A stretch of 64,000 nt of DNA from Daphnia carinata (lineage: Eukaryota). The DNA lies in NCBI RefSeq assembly GCF_022539665.2, contig NC_081333.1, positions 124,001 through 188,000 on the forward strand, read 5' to 3'. Below the pieces are notes generated by a model that saw only the letters and a program-made list of their open reading frames with translations, was not told where the DNA came from and did not search any database. Both the position numbers and the translations under genes were made by a program. This document shows positions 1 to 13,700 of the stretch, piece after piece. Position 1 is the stretch's first letter. Each line of letters begins with the position of its first letter.

Positions 1-2831
1 GGGTGAGGAGAAATTAGCTGCCCTTACCGCCGGCGACCGTGTTCCATGGGCTAAATGTCGTCAAGAATATTTTGGCAAAGGAATAAACAAAGTTTCGTTG
101 GCTGCCATTGAAGGTGCCGCTTTTGTGGTGGCACTAGACGACGAAGATTTTAATTTCGATCCGGTATTTACAACTTTCATTTTCGTTTGGAATACTTAAC
201 TTGTTTTTGTTTTTTGTTAGGATGATCATACTCAGCTGGACAGATACGGTGAGAGATTGCTTTACGGAAAGGGTTACGACCGTTGGTTTGACAAGTCATT
301 CACGTTGGTGATTGGCACAAATGGACGCGTGAGTTTCCCTTTTGCCCAACATTTGATTTGTCCAATTTTTTCATTTATTATCTCGTTACTTGTAGGTCGG
401 ATTCAATGCGGAACACTCGTGGTAAGTAAAAAAAAACTAACATTTCTGGTTTTTTTCTTTTTGGTCTTTTATCAAACGTCTGACGGAATGCAAAGTGGGA
501 AGGGTCTGGGAGGTAAATAACAATGGACATTGTATAATAACCTAAATTTGAAAAACAATACCATGACGTCCCAGGGCCGATGCTGCAGTTTTAGCGCACA
601 TGTGGGAATTCGTCCTGGCAGAAGACGTACTTGTCCCTCGGTAAAGATATTGCCCCATTCCCTCCAATCGAATAGCAATCATTTAATTTAGACAATGGCT
701 CTCCATTTAATGCACTTTTTTAGCTCCTTTTCTCTTTGCTGTGCACTTCCGTCAAAAGCTTCTCATTGATTTCTCGCTCTTTTTTTTTTCTTTCTCAAAT
801 TATTTTGGACTACAAATGTAAATCGAAGGTGCCGGGTATTTCCAGTTTTCTTTTTGAAAAATTCTATTAATCTTCTTTTATTATTACCGTTTCTCTTGTC
901 CTTTTCTCGTCTTTTTATTTGTTCGTCTGTGTGTGTGTTTGTCCGTCCGTCCGTTGCGTTTTCAGGGCTGACGCTCCCGTCATGGGCCATCTTTGGGAGC
1001 ATTGCTTATTCACCACTGAAACGGCGTACACTGGGTAAGGTCACCGTTTTCCTGAACAAAACAGGAATAAGCACAAAAGCAATATTTTTTTCCATTGTAT
1101 TGTGTTCCACTTAGATAATTTAACAAAACAAATTTCTTATGTTTTGTTTGTTTGCATTTGAATGTGTCGTCGAAAACGACTGAACTAAAAGAAACAACTG
1201 TTATTTACGAAATTTTCGTTTTGGGGGGAGAGAATGACATGTCAAAGCATTTGAGTGGAAAACGAAACCGGTAGCTCCATGAATTTTCTCTTGTGTAGTT
1301 TGAAATAGTTTTTGCATGTTTTCTTTTCAAACATTTCTGCACGCATTCCGTTTTGCACGTTTCATGTTTTCCTATTTCGTTTTGCATGCAACATTTTCCT
1401 TTAGATTTTTCTGCCTTCTATATTTGTGTAGCATGCGCTCGCTTCTGATTTTCACATCCTAAAAGCATTCCTTAAACATCCCCATTCATTTATGAACTCG
1501 CTATTAACATTTGTTATTGTGGTGTGTAGATACAAGGAGGATGGCCATTGCAAGGGAGTCCCGGAATGCATTCCTCCTACACCTATCCGCCTCAGGTGGG
1601 AAATGCCTGAGGCTTGTATCGACAAGATCGAATCCAGTTATCAGGTCCGTAAAAATTTTTTATCGTGCACGTAATTGTATTTTTTCGTGGTTCTGAGGAA
1701 TTCTATTGTCCCACGAAAAAGGAAGAAATATTTCACGTAAAAATGTTTCGGTTGTTGTATCCTTTAATAACGGGAAACAGGTGGCCTTGGGGCTTCTGAA
1801 CGACGTCGATTTGCGTCTATTGGCCCATTCAGCTTTCGGCAAGGGCCTTATGAAAAAATGTCGCATCAGTCCGGACGCTTTCATCCAAATGGCTCTCCAA
1901 TTGGCCTATTATCGGGTACGTTTTTATAGAGTCGTTTTTCATTTCAAAAGGAAAGAAAACGTAACAATTTTTTTACGAAACAGGACGCGGGCAAATTCAG
2001 TTTGACGTACGAAGCCAGTATGACTCGTTTGTTCCGCGAAGGCCGCACGGAAACTGTCCGTCCGTGTACGATCGAGTCGAGCCAGTGGGTCAAGGCGATG
2101 CACGATCAATCCGTCAGCGTAAGTTGAACAACCTTGGAATTCATTTGGACTCTCATTTCATTAAGGATTTTTTTTCTCTTTGTTGTAGAAAGAGGAACGT
2201 ATTCGTTTGCTACGATTGGCTTGCGTTCAACATCAACGAGGCTACCAGGACGCGATGTGCGGCAAAGGCATCGACCGTCACTTGTTTTGCCTCTACGTCG
2301 TCTCGAAATATCTGGAAGTGGACTCGCCCTTCCTCAAGGAGGTGCTCAGCGAGCCGTGGAGACTGTCGACGTCGCAGACGCCGCACGGACAGACGTCGAA
2401 ACTCGATCTGACTAAACACCCCGACTGCATCTCGGCCGGCGGAGGATTCGGTCCAGTCGCCGACGACGGATACGGCGTCTCTTACATTATCGCTGGCGAA
2501 AATCTCATCTTTTTCCACATTTCATCCAAACGATCATCGCCCGAAACGGTGAGTCGTTATTTTTGCATTCATAAAGGGTAGAGTGGGAGAACCAGGTTAC
2601 TAACTACTTTCTAATAGTCCAAGTCACGACACGCTTGATTTGACATTCCTTTTTCCCCTTCATGATGAAATATTTTTTTTTGTGTGTGTGTCTTATATCA
2701 AAATTGTAATTGTATATGTTTTCTTTTTTGTCCCTTTTTGCTCGGGTGGATTTCGGGTGAAGGATTCGAACCGGTTTGCCCAGCAAATCACCAATGCCCT
2801 GGCTGACATTAAAGAATTGTTTGGCCTGTGA
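1..2831 (+). CDS. CPT1: Carnitine O-palmitoyltransferase 1, 3' part (5' end lies upstream of the window)
   Basis: Exons ~1-163, 221-328, 396-421, [575-640 or 966-1034], 1530-1644, 1781-1915, 1984-2118, 2189-2548, 2763-2831, all GT-AG and in frame. Translation has CPT1 motifs [18 protein letters not shown] (catalytic His), [68 protein letters not shown]. Confidence 0.96.
575..640 (+). CDS. CPT1: CPT1 alternative exon A (mutually exclusive)
   Basis: ccag|G GCC GAT GCT GCA...CCT CG|gtaaag; 66 nt; encodes (W)[21 protein letters not shown](R); phase 2/2, fits both flanking exons. Confidence 0.85.
966..1034 (+). CDS. CPT1: CPT1 alternative exon B (mutually exclusive)
   Basis: ttcag|G GCT GAC GCT CCC...ACT GG|gtaagg; 69 nt; encodes (W)[22 protein letters not shown](G); phase 2/2, homologous to exon A. 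Confidence 0.88.
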
Positions 2832-5800
2832 AAGAGAAACCAGAAGCCAATGCAGAACACGCAAACAAACGGACCCGTGTGTGAATCTGCAGTAGAATTT
2901 TATCATCCGCTTTTTTTAATATCCCAAAAAAATTTTAGGAAACGTAAAAGAACATAAGACGAATTTTTGGCGGTAGGAAAGCCACCAAAAGATGATGAAA
3001 ATTATTCTTATTCAGGAGAGACAGCAATGCAAATCTTTTTAGATCATTAGTATTAAAGGTTTATAAGTTTTAAACACATAATGGTAATAATACAAATTAA
3101 ACTAATCAAATTTTGCTTATTTTCCAGCCCGTTTTTTTTCGTCCGTGAATCGGTTTTTCTTTCACCTTTTTCACTTGACCCAAATTCGATAAACGTGTGG
3201 GTTCTGGGGGGGGACGACATTTGAGAAAACACTTTTCCTTACATTTTTTTTCTAGGTGGTTTTGTTTGTTTCGTGACTTTTTTTTGCTATTTAGAAAACC
3301 AGGTAACCAATCTTCATCTCTCGTCGCCCAAAAACCTGACGAGTAGGTTACAAGTGATATCTCTTTTTCTCACAGCTGCGCGCACCTGGCCGTCTTGTAA
3401 AAAAAAACGCCTCGCATGAAACGCTTTCCCTTTCGTTTTTTCCAGTTGCCCTTTCACGAATGAGCAACATCGTCGTCTGATGTAGAATGGACAACGGAAA
3501 GTATCATGCCACCAAATGGAATGTTCAATCAGGTTGGTTCCAGTGAACTCTGTTGTAGTGTGTTGAATTTTTGGCGTTTCCCATCAAATGTTTTAAACAA
3601 AACATTGGATGCAAAGGGAAGAATTTATGAAACGGAATGGGTGGATACAAGATGGATACGTTGACGCGTGTGGGAAAAATTACACGCATTTTTGGGGGGA
3701 AAATAATTTATTTTAGTTTATTTCTGAATTAGTAGTGGTATTTTATCTAGAGTGCATCGCTCGAGGCCAGTTTTCTCCTTTCCCTGTTTTGCAAGTGTTG
3801 ACTTTTTTTTTGCATTTCTTGGTTCAAATTCTAGATTCTTTTTTTCTTCCTAAAATTCCCTTTTTTTGAATTGACGTGGGTGTGGTTCGTATACGGTATC
3901 AAGAAAAGTGAAACCATTTCATGACGAACGAATTTTAATTATCGAGAAAAAAAAGTTGAAAAGGAATTTCCCCGTTCCTCATTCAATTATGGGTGGGAGT
4001 GCTTTGAATTGGATCAGAATAAAGTGTCATGTCCGTTAACGACATGGTCACGTTTGGAGATGCAGTTAGCAAGAAAAAAAATATCTGTTAAGTATGGGCA
4101 AGTTTTTCCTCTATATGCCCTATATTTCACTGGCACAATGTTTTTTGTTCGATTAGTTTTCAAGTTTTGTCGACAACTGTTTTTTATTTCACCTTGCAAC
4201 ATTCCAAAAAGTAAGGAAAACATGAAATTATACAGTCAACCATGTAAACTACATGTCAACGCTGTCTTGTCTAATGACGTTAAAGAGTTAAACAAGTGAA
4301 TGCTACAATGCGCGAAGCATTTTTGCATGTGTTTTGTAACCTCAGTGTAATTGTTGCTTTTGCATCGAATATACACGTCATTTTCGTAAGGTCGATTTAT
4401 GGGGGAAAAAAACAGAGTTGATTATTCGTACAGCTAAAATGTTGATGGATACGTCCCAACGATTATCAGAAGAAATCTCTTTACGAGTAAATTGGAAAAC
4501 ATTGCAATTAGAAATCGTTCCAATGACGACAGCGAAAAACACCATTTGTTTAAAAGAAAAGTCGGCTAATAGTGTACGCATATGCATTATAAAATAACTA
4601 CTTATCATCTAGAGAGAAAAGAGAAAGAAATGGATCGTATCTATCTGCAACCTTGATCAATGACCCAACGCACGAACACGCGTCGGTTTTTCGCAAAATG
4701 TAATTTCGTCGTGAGTTCACCAACAGTGAGTCGAATGCTTCATCAAAAACCGTTTTTGGCTCAGTAATTGTTGTGTGTTTATTTGGATTCATCCCGTGAC
4801 ATTTTTCTCTAAAAATAGCACGAACATTCCTTGACTTTTTCTTGTTAATAATCGTGTGCCAAAATTGTTCAATTCGGCGAGAAGGAACGTAGAAATGCGA
4901 AGAAAAAATAGACACATGTCGTGATGGCTGTAATTATCTACAGGGGAAAAAAACGCGCTTTTTTTGCGTAATGGGGTGTGACCAGTTGATGGAAAAGTAT
5001 GTCAATGTTGATGTATCGTGTACTTGGCAATACCTACACGATTTACTCAACTTGGCGATTATCAATGATAGTTTTCATAATCGATCAGATTATTATAGTC
5101 TGCACAACAACATGGCGGAAAAAAATTCAAGATGGTGACGAATGTTTGAAACGAAAAAGACCCAAGCCTAGAAAATTGAACCACAAAACATGGACTGCTT
5201 AAAGTTTTTATTAGTAACCACACAATGAGGCCGTGAATTGTTAGTTTTCTGCCACCACGTAGACGCAATAACAAACGGAAGTCATGCTATTTTATGTTAT
5301 GGATCCGTGATCCCTTTCCAACCGTCTGGTGTCCTTAAATGAAGTGCAGCGGTTTGTGCAAGAGAGTGAGAGCAACAAAGAAACCTGTATTCCCCCATTT
5401 TACGTAACACATGTCAAAAAGACCTTGTTTCTCTTCCGTTAACAAAATCGTATCGTGCCTGTTTGCGATATCGCACAGAAAAAGTATAGCGGCCATCTTT
5501 ATGTATCGTGCCTTTCTCACCGGCAACGTGGTAAGCATTTAATTATCGCTATTTTTGTGACTGAAAGGGAAAAAACCGATTCAATGGATTTCGATAATGG
5601 AACTGACTTTATATGGATTTTTCCTGACTAAAATAAAACCTTCGTTTCATTCGATCGACACGAAAGTGGTATGTTGAGATATCTAAACGAAGCAAAAGTG
5701 GTCAGTTAGCCGCCACTCATTTTTTCTGAAATGACAAGATAGATTTTCTCTTTTGTTACAGTTATCCTATAGATCGTTGTAGGAACACTTTTACCAATTG

Positions 5801-8800
5801 GACAATGGCCTTGATCCGTTCAACGTGTCTGTCTGCATCGAGTTTCACTAAAATTCTGCCGATTTTGGGTGCATAGTAAGTTCAATTCTTTTTTGCAACC
5901 TACACCTCTTTTTCTTTATGTTTCTCTTTCTCATAATTGATTATCATTATATCGTGTTTTGAAACATTGAGACCCCCAGTTTTGTCAAACTGGGTTTCAA
6001 CTTTCAAGCACCGCATTAGTCATTCAGTAACGTGGCGGCTTTAGTGGCCCATTGGAACAACTTGGCATGAGGACCACACCGATGAAATTAATTCCTTTGA
6101 TTGGATTAAGCAATACCGCTGCCGCACATGCAATGGTAATATCTCCTTACCTATCAAATAACAACCCAACCTTGCTCCATATTTGCGTATAGCTGACGCC
6201 CTTTGGAAGTTCAGTAAGGGAATTTTTTGATGCTGTATTTCACCCCTGTAGATGGCCACCCACTCGCCTACGAGGTCGAGCATTTTAGATGGAGATGTCC
6301 ATTCATCTTTGTCAACACATTTTTAACACTTTGCCCACTGTTTCGAGACTGTGCGGAAATCAAGAAGGGCCTTTTGTTCTGTTCCACGAAACAAAGAAGG
6401 TAGGAAAAAAATGTTTATAACCCAGCCCCGCCCCCCACAACCAAAAAAAAAAGATTTCAATGTTATTGTGCTTTTTTGGTTCTTCTCAGATGACCTTATA
6501 TGCATATTTTAGTTGAACAAACGATTGACTAACCCATAGATAAATAGGTCGTGCTTCCTATTACATAAACACATCGACAGCACACGTTTGGCTATACGTC
6601 GATGCCACGTCCTCGTTTCAAATAATACGTGAAATGCCCTAACCGAATTCGGAAAAGGTAAGCAGCTATTGATGTATTCGTCATTCTTATTAGATTCTGC
6701 CCCACTTGTTTCATCGTTAATTCGATTAAATCAGACGGCAGCTTTTTATAATGAATGCAAAGACCTTAAAACGTGTTTAGCCATTCATATATTGAGTCGT
6801 AGCTGCTGTTGGTAAGTGCGTCGGAATAATCCATCACGAAAAAAAATCTGAATTTCATTTGAGCAATAAGAAAAGACAGCAGAATGCAACTCTTCTACAG
6901 TGGGCAGATAGGAAAATGAGAGGGCGGACGTAGCTCGTTTAACGCGTACGTGTATCTGGAGGCGATTGGAACAAATTAAAACAGCAGCGGTATTAATTGA
7001 TCCAAAATGGAATCAAGGGTGAAAGAAAATCTAGTTTACGTAGGCTGCACGTGATAGGCGCCTACATTTGATACTTTTTTGCATAAACAATTATAAAGTT
7101 ACATTACAGAGACAGAAACAAGGGCCAAGGACTCGAGCTTGACCAAATTCCACATATTATGAGGCGGCCGCAACAGGGAAATAGCCCATTGCAATATCCT
7201 GTATAGATTTTTTTCTCCAGTTCGTAAATTTCTATTACGTAGGTATATAAAATTATATATAGCACTTATAAGGGTATTAAAAAGTGATGTGGCCAGCGTA
7301 ATCACGACATAGATCAAGGCCATTCAGTACTTTTATAGGCTAAATACTGGGATATTGCTTTTGAAATGGGGATAATGAGGCGCTTATCGGGTCTAATAGG
7401 TCCGACCTGAGCTTGCATTCCACTATTGGCTATGTGATTGCAAACCGGTCTTTTATAATGACACGACGTCTAAGTAGCCAAGGGTAGATGCATTATTTAT
7501 AATAGCATAAGTTAAATCGCGTGCCTGTCATCAATTTTTTGTTTGTCTAATAAAAAAAAACTACCGGAATAGGCTGCAGACGACTAAGCCGCCTGACCGT
7601 GACCACGCAACACACGACGTACCCAAAATGCATTAATACCATGCACTACATTAATAACTGGTAGACATTTTTCAATACCTTTAATAAATGTAGTTGTAAT
7701 TCAAAATTTTCTCTAAAATTTATGGTTCCATTATGAGAAATCAAATTGTGTGGCATAATGCAATACTTTTAAGCGGATGCTTGTAGGATGTGGTAAAGTC
7801 CTTGATGGCCGAGCATACATTGTCAACCAACTGCAATTTTGTAGACGTGATGGACTCGATCGTGGTCGCGATCATCAAGGCCTGACGAAGCGGTCCATTT
7901 AACTGTGCATACTAATTAAAATGTCCTTAATAAGTATAGTTGCACGGGAATGCATCAAATTTAAAAAGAAGAAAAAAATAATCTAGAGGCTATGAAACTC
8001 TCTAGGACACGTCCTATCATTGGTTTAGTCACCAACGGCAAACGTTGGAGGAAAGAAATTTTTTTTCCTATTGACCTGGATTACTAGTAATTACAGACTC
8101 CTTCCGCTTTTATTGATTATCGTTATTAAATGCTGCAAACTTGGAATGTGAACACTACACTAGCAATATAAAGCTAACACTTTCTAAGTCGAAGTGGCGA
8201 ACTTATTTGTTCAGAAGAACAGAATCAGCATCAGCAAGATAAGGGATAACGCAAATGTGGTTTGCAATGCAACGTTGCTATAATTGCATTGTTTGAACAT
8301 GTTGATTTCGTCGATGGATAGCAAATAAGCTTGTAATGTGCGTGTCTCAAGGTTATTGCCTATTTGAATATGGAACGGAATCAGCTGTCTTCACCTTTTT
8401 TTGTGTTCTGTTTCGCAACAGCAGCAGTGAGGAAAAACCCGGTACGTTTTGAATTTTGATTGATGTATTTGTTTCTCTATTTGTCTTTATTGATTCATGC
8501 AGAAAAGAAAGGGTTTAGCTCAAGCAAACTTGTTTATTTTGTCTTTTTCAAACAATACCTGCATTATTTATGACAAAACGAGCGCTTTACTTTTTTTAAG
8601 CATTGTCAACGCTGTTGGGTCTTCCTCGATGACGAAGAATCGTACCCAACCGAGGTAGAGTGCAACCTAGACCTACTTTAGAGGTACCCATCATTTTTAC
8701 CTGGAAATTTTAACGAAAGCAGAAAATAATAAACTTCCGTTATTATGATGACCACGAAGCCATATACAGAGCACATCATACGATGTTTTATTGTGCTATG

Positions 8801-9335
8801 TGTGGTGATTTTTCAAGGTGAAACCACGCCGGCCTACAAAAAAATGGCGCAAAGAAAGACGAAAATGAGAAAGTTTCGTGCCTGTTCTCTCTCTCTAGTG
8901 GCAAAACCATGGATTTGTTGTTTTTGTTTCAAGACAAGCAACATACACGGAGAGAAAGACACGAAAAGTGAACACACACGAGCGCTCTAGAACTGGATTG
9001 CCCTGTGTGGCATTGACTCTCGATTGTTGGGCCACATTTTATATAATATGAGGACCGGAAAGTACCGCTTCAAGTCCAGTAGATCGCCATCTTTTCACTG
9101 GATCGTGTGTCTGTCCAACCCTCTGCAGTGTGGTTCCAAGTGTGATTCCAAGACAACGTACACACAACGTACAAGTGTTCCATCAGCCCACAACGAACAC
9201 ATTCGTCGAGTGGCATGTGTCCTTTACCCGACAGCAACCATTGGCATTTGTTAAACAACAAACGACTAAAGGATTCACTGTTGATTCAACCAATTCGTGC
9301 ATCGAATGTCCTAAGCCAAAGTCACATGCCTAAAC

Positions 9336-12300
9336 ATGAATGAAGAGCTGCTGCCGTGCGAGGTGGCAATTAGTGTCGTCGCCAATCAAGAACCTGTGCC
9401 ACCATCATCGACTGATCGGAAAGCATCTTTGACCAAGAAATTGAGTAACATTAGCGACAATTTCAATTCCATTATCAATAGTGCTGTTGGAGCTGCTATC
9501 GTCTCTTCATCGACACATTCATCGTCAATTATCCCATCGAGACGATCGAGTTTGGTCGGTCGTAGTCGCAAGAAATCACGTCGTTTGACGTTGACTCAAG
9601 TTTGCTCTGAAGAATCACCAGTCAGTCATCAATATTCTTGTGGTGCTAATAATCGTCCTCAATTGCCCGTTCCAGTTGACAGCAATTACGGTGAACATCA
9701 ACCTTTGCAATCCGTTTCGTCGATTGACGGCTATGATCATCCTACCGTCTCCAGGACGGCAAGTTTGATTTCTTTTTCGTCAGTTAGCAGCAGCTCATCG
9801 TCTGCCGTCTCATCCATGTCGTCGTCCAGTTCTTCGTCACCCAAATCTTTCTCTCAAAGGTCGTCCACTTCGTCGCCACGATCATCAATTTCTTCGACGT
9901 CGACTCATCCCGAACGGAAAATCAATCGCATTTTTTCCATTTTGCATTCGATGCAACAAACTTTTCTGCAAGCGCAGCCATTCGCAGCAGCAGCAGCAGC
10001 AGCAGCACAACAAAATGGACAACAACCACAACAACCCACATCGCCACAACAGGAGCCGCAATTCATTGTCATGGTACCACCGCGATCGACGTCCGTCACC
10101 ACCGTCCATTCGGACGCCTGTAAAAGCACCCATGGCAGCGTGAGGCCGCAGCGTTTGCACCAGCCGTCACGCCAACACATTTATGGAATGGGAAGGAGTC
10201 AAGATTCGTTGGTTTTGGCCGGTGCTGGGTCCGTCAACAGCCATCCCAATCACATGGCCACGACCATAGATCGCAATCGGCGCTTCGGATCGGCCAACAG
10301 CTGGGCAGGTTCTCAATGCTCGGGATACACGTGCACCACCATGACAACCAGCACTGAAGCCACCTTGTCGGCTCCTTTGGTGCATGCCACGCCGTACCAC
10401 AAGGACGGATGGTCTGGGCAAAACATTTAATTTTTGGTTTTGCATGAATCTAATTTTTAATTGTTTGTTTTGCAATAGGACGTCGCTATTCATCGCAGGT
10501 AGTTCCACATACGCCCAGTTGTTAATTGTCGTCTGCATCGTGGCTGCACTGTCAGAGGTGGTTACTCACAACGTCCCATTTCTCTACTTCGAGGTAATTT
10601 TTTGTCTGTTTGGCACTTGATGCCTTTTCAAAAATTATATAACACTCAATTTAGATGTTCACTTTCTACTAATATTATAATTGGCTTCTTTCTATCAACG
10701 CCAACTAACAAATAGATCAACCCGTTTCATGACGTCATGATTCGTGTGCACCCGCAGAATTAAGGGAACGAAAAAAAATCTAAACCACTGGCCCACATGC
10801 ATAATCACTTAGAAATCTTTGTTCGTTTAGCTATGTACGGTTGCTTGGGCCACGAAGTCGCCCATTTTGCTTGAAACGAGTTCATCATTTTTGGCCAGAC
10901 TAGCATGATCATAGAAAGTGAAAATATCCACCCTACTGCCTCTAGGCATTCGTAATGGCTTATTAAATATTCGCGAAATTCGTCGAATCACCAAAGTCGA
11001 CAAGTTGATCGTTGTCGCTCTTTAATGGTAGGGTCGTATAACAATTTTATAAAGAGGAAAACAAAGGAAAAAAAAATAGATATCCAGTCACGTTTCTAAT
11101 ATTATTTACTTTCGCATAGCCTCACATGGAGATTATCACATTTGTGCGTGTCGGCACTATTAGAGTGGGCTGAAATGATCCAGTTTTGATTTCGTTTCAA
11201 ATTTCCAAGAAATGTTTACAAAACATTTCTTTTTTTTTTTTGTCAGCCACGATTCGAAAAGGCATTTCACGAATTATGTTTTTTTTTATCTCCTTTACTC
11301 CTATAGGGATTTTTCACATACTTGTACACGATGTCGATCCTATTCTTCCTCTACGTTTTCGGCTATTTGTTACGCTCGAAGAGGAGAAAAGAGGAAAAAA
11401 GAAGATTACGTAAAATGAGTAAATTAAGACGTGCTCAAATGGCAACGTCGTCTGCTGAACACGAGAAGGATATTCAAGGCTCTTACCGCAGTAGCAGAAG
11501 TGCTTCGATCGCCATGGAAACAGAAGCCATTGCCAGTACGTCGACCCTCAATCGTTTCATTACTGGGATCAGGAGCCAAAGAAGGAGGTTCAGTCGAACG
11601 GGTGACGGTGTTAATAATTTAGCATTAGAAATTGGCAATGAAAACAGTAATCATGACTCATTCAAATCACCAAATTTGCCTGGACCGAGTAAAAACCTGC
11701 AATGGACACCGTCGTCGGTCGGTTTCAATTTGGTTGACGAGTCGCCAAGTGAAATCGTTTCATACGCAATGAACAGCGACAATGTCGTCATCCCCAGTAG
11801 TGAAACCGGTCGAAATAGCATTCACCATCATCATAGCGGTAGCAGTATGAATGGAACAAGCAGCAGCAGCAAGATCAAGAAATTGAAAGTTTCAGACAAT
11901 GAACACAGCCATGGCAGTTTTTTCCTTAGAGCTGGTGCCGTAGCTTTCGGATTGGGCACCATGATTTATGACGGACTGGAATTTGGGGCCTTTCTCGAAG
12001 TACCCAGTGATTCACCTTGTTTCGCTCTACTGCGAGGACTTAATCCTGTCCTCCATGCCGCATTTGTGTTCCTCCAAATGTATTTCATCTTCATATCAGC
12101 TAGGGTATTTCCATTCTTTTTTCCATACATTTGTCTTTGCTCAAAAACCTTTCATTATATATAGCTGAACATACACAAATTCAAAGCGATTGCCCGTTTT
12201 GGATTAATGCACTGTCTGGCGACAAACGTGTGCGTTTGGATGCGGACGCTTGTTCGAGAATCGCTCAAAGAGATCAATCATCATTATGACCATCACCCGA

Positions 12301-13700
12301 ATGAGGCCGAAAAATTGCACATGACCCAACATCAACATGTGGCCTCATCTAGTGCTGCCGCCGTGGCAGCAGCGGCACAACATGAAGCGTCGGCTGCTGC
12401 AGCTGATACACAAGCATTTCTTCATCACGTGGCTGAAGCTGTTGCTGCGGCAGTCGGTAGCGAAGAAGATGGAAGTGCATCAGTTTACGAATTTGGTAAA
12501 ATTGAGTCATTTCATAGAAAAAAGTTTACATTAATAACATTCTATTGCTAGTCAACGATACTCTGGCCGAAGCGCTCAGCGCTGCTATCGAAGTCAAGAG
12601 TAAGGAAAAAACAAATTTATGGGAATTGACGGGTAATGTCTCGTGTGGGCGCCATATTTTCCTCGGCGAACTCATTATGAAAGCGGCACCCTTTCTCTAT
12701 CCCTTCTTAATTGAGTATTCCCTCATTGGTGCTGGTGTCCTCTACGTCATTTGGGCTAACATAGGACTCAACCCAAAGTATTAAATTTGTTAAATTCATC
12801 GACAAAGTACACCTTTAATGAAATGTTGTGTAACATCAGGTACAAGACAGAGGAGAATGACAATGAGGATTCAACCTGGAACAGCAAATCTCGTCAATTG
12901 AGAGTTGACTGTGTTGGAGCTTCAAAAGGTCTTTTTATGGGCCTTTTTGTCTTGACGGCCGCCCTTCTCTGTCTTATCCTCTTCTTCATATTTGCACCAC
13001 AACGGCAATTTCATCGTCTAGGATTGTTTTTGGCCGATTCGGCTCATTTGTCGCTACTTGTTTTCTCACTCTGTGCCATGGCAATTGGCTCCTACAGGTC
13101 AGTTTTATGTTAAACATTTTTTTTTTTGCATACTCGATTAATTTATCGTTTCCTTTTTAAAAACATAGAGCCCGACATCTCCATTTCCATTCCGAACATA
13201 TGGAAGAGCTGGGCAGCATTTTACTTCGCGTCTCTGCCCTGGGTATTTTTGCGTACTCCGTCTTCTCCATGATTGCTGGAGCATTTGCAAATCAAGAGAC
13301 GGACGAGCCGCCCGTCTTGGTCTTCATCAACGGCCTCCTGTCAGTAGTTGAAGTAACTATGCAGATGCTCTTCATTTCGGATATGTCTAGACGACGAGTC
13401 AACACAATGGAGCAGGACCGAGAGAAACCCGGCCGACAAGCCGTCACTTTTTTGTTGATCACCAATTTAACTCTGTGGCTGGTCTACACATTTGAAATGC
13501 AAAAAGTCGAGGCCAATCCGGTCCAGCTCAATTTTTACGGTTTCCTCCCTTGGGCCATCGTGCAGCGCATCACTCTACCGCTTTGCATTTTCTACCGTTT
13601 CCACTCGGCCATTGTCTACGCCGAAATATGGAAGAATTCGTACCGATATCATGGGCCTTCCTTTGAGGAAGCCATGCCACAACAGTATATTATATCTTGA
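9336..13700 (+). CDS. OTOP: Otopetrin-family proton channel, paralog A
   Basis: Exons 9336-10411, 10479-10593, 11307-12104, 12165-12495, 12552-12777, 12840-13097, 13169-13700. Otopetrin motifs: HGSFFLRAGAVAFGLGTMIY, FGLMHCLATNVCVW, PFLYPFLIEYSLI, DCVGASKGLF, KPGRQAVTFLLITN, TLPLCIFYRFHS. Long Ser/Gln-rich N-terminus. Confidence 0.95.

Noticed and set aside
5960..6007. Small hairpin CCCAGTTT/AAACTGGG resembling a terminator
   Set aside because: Intrinsic terminators are not relevant in this eukaryotic context, and an isolated short stem is expected by chance.
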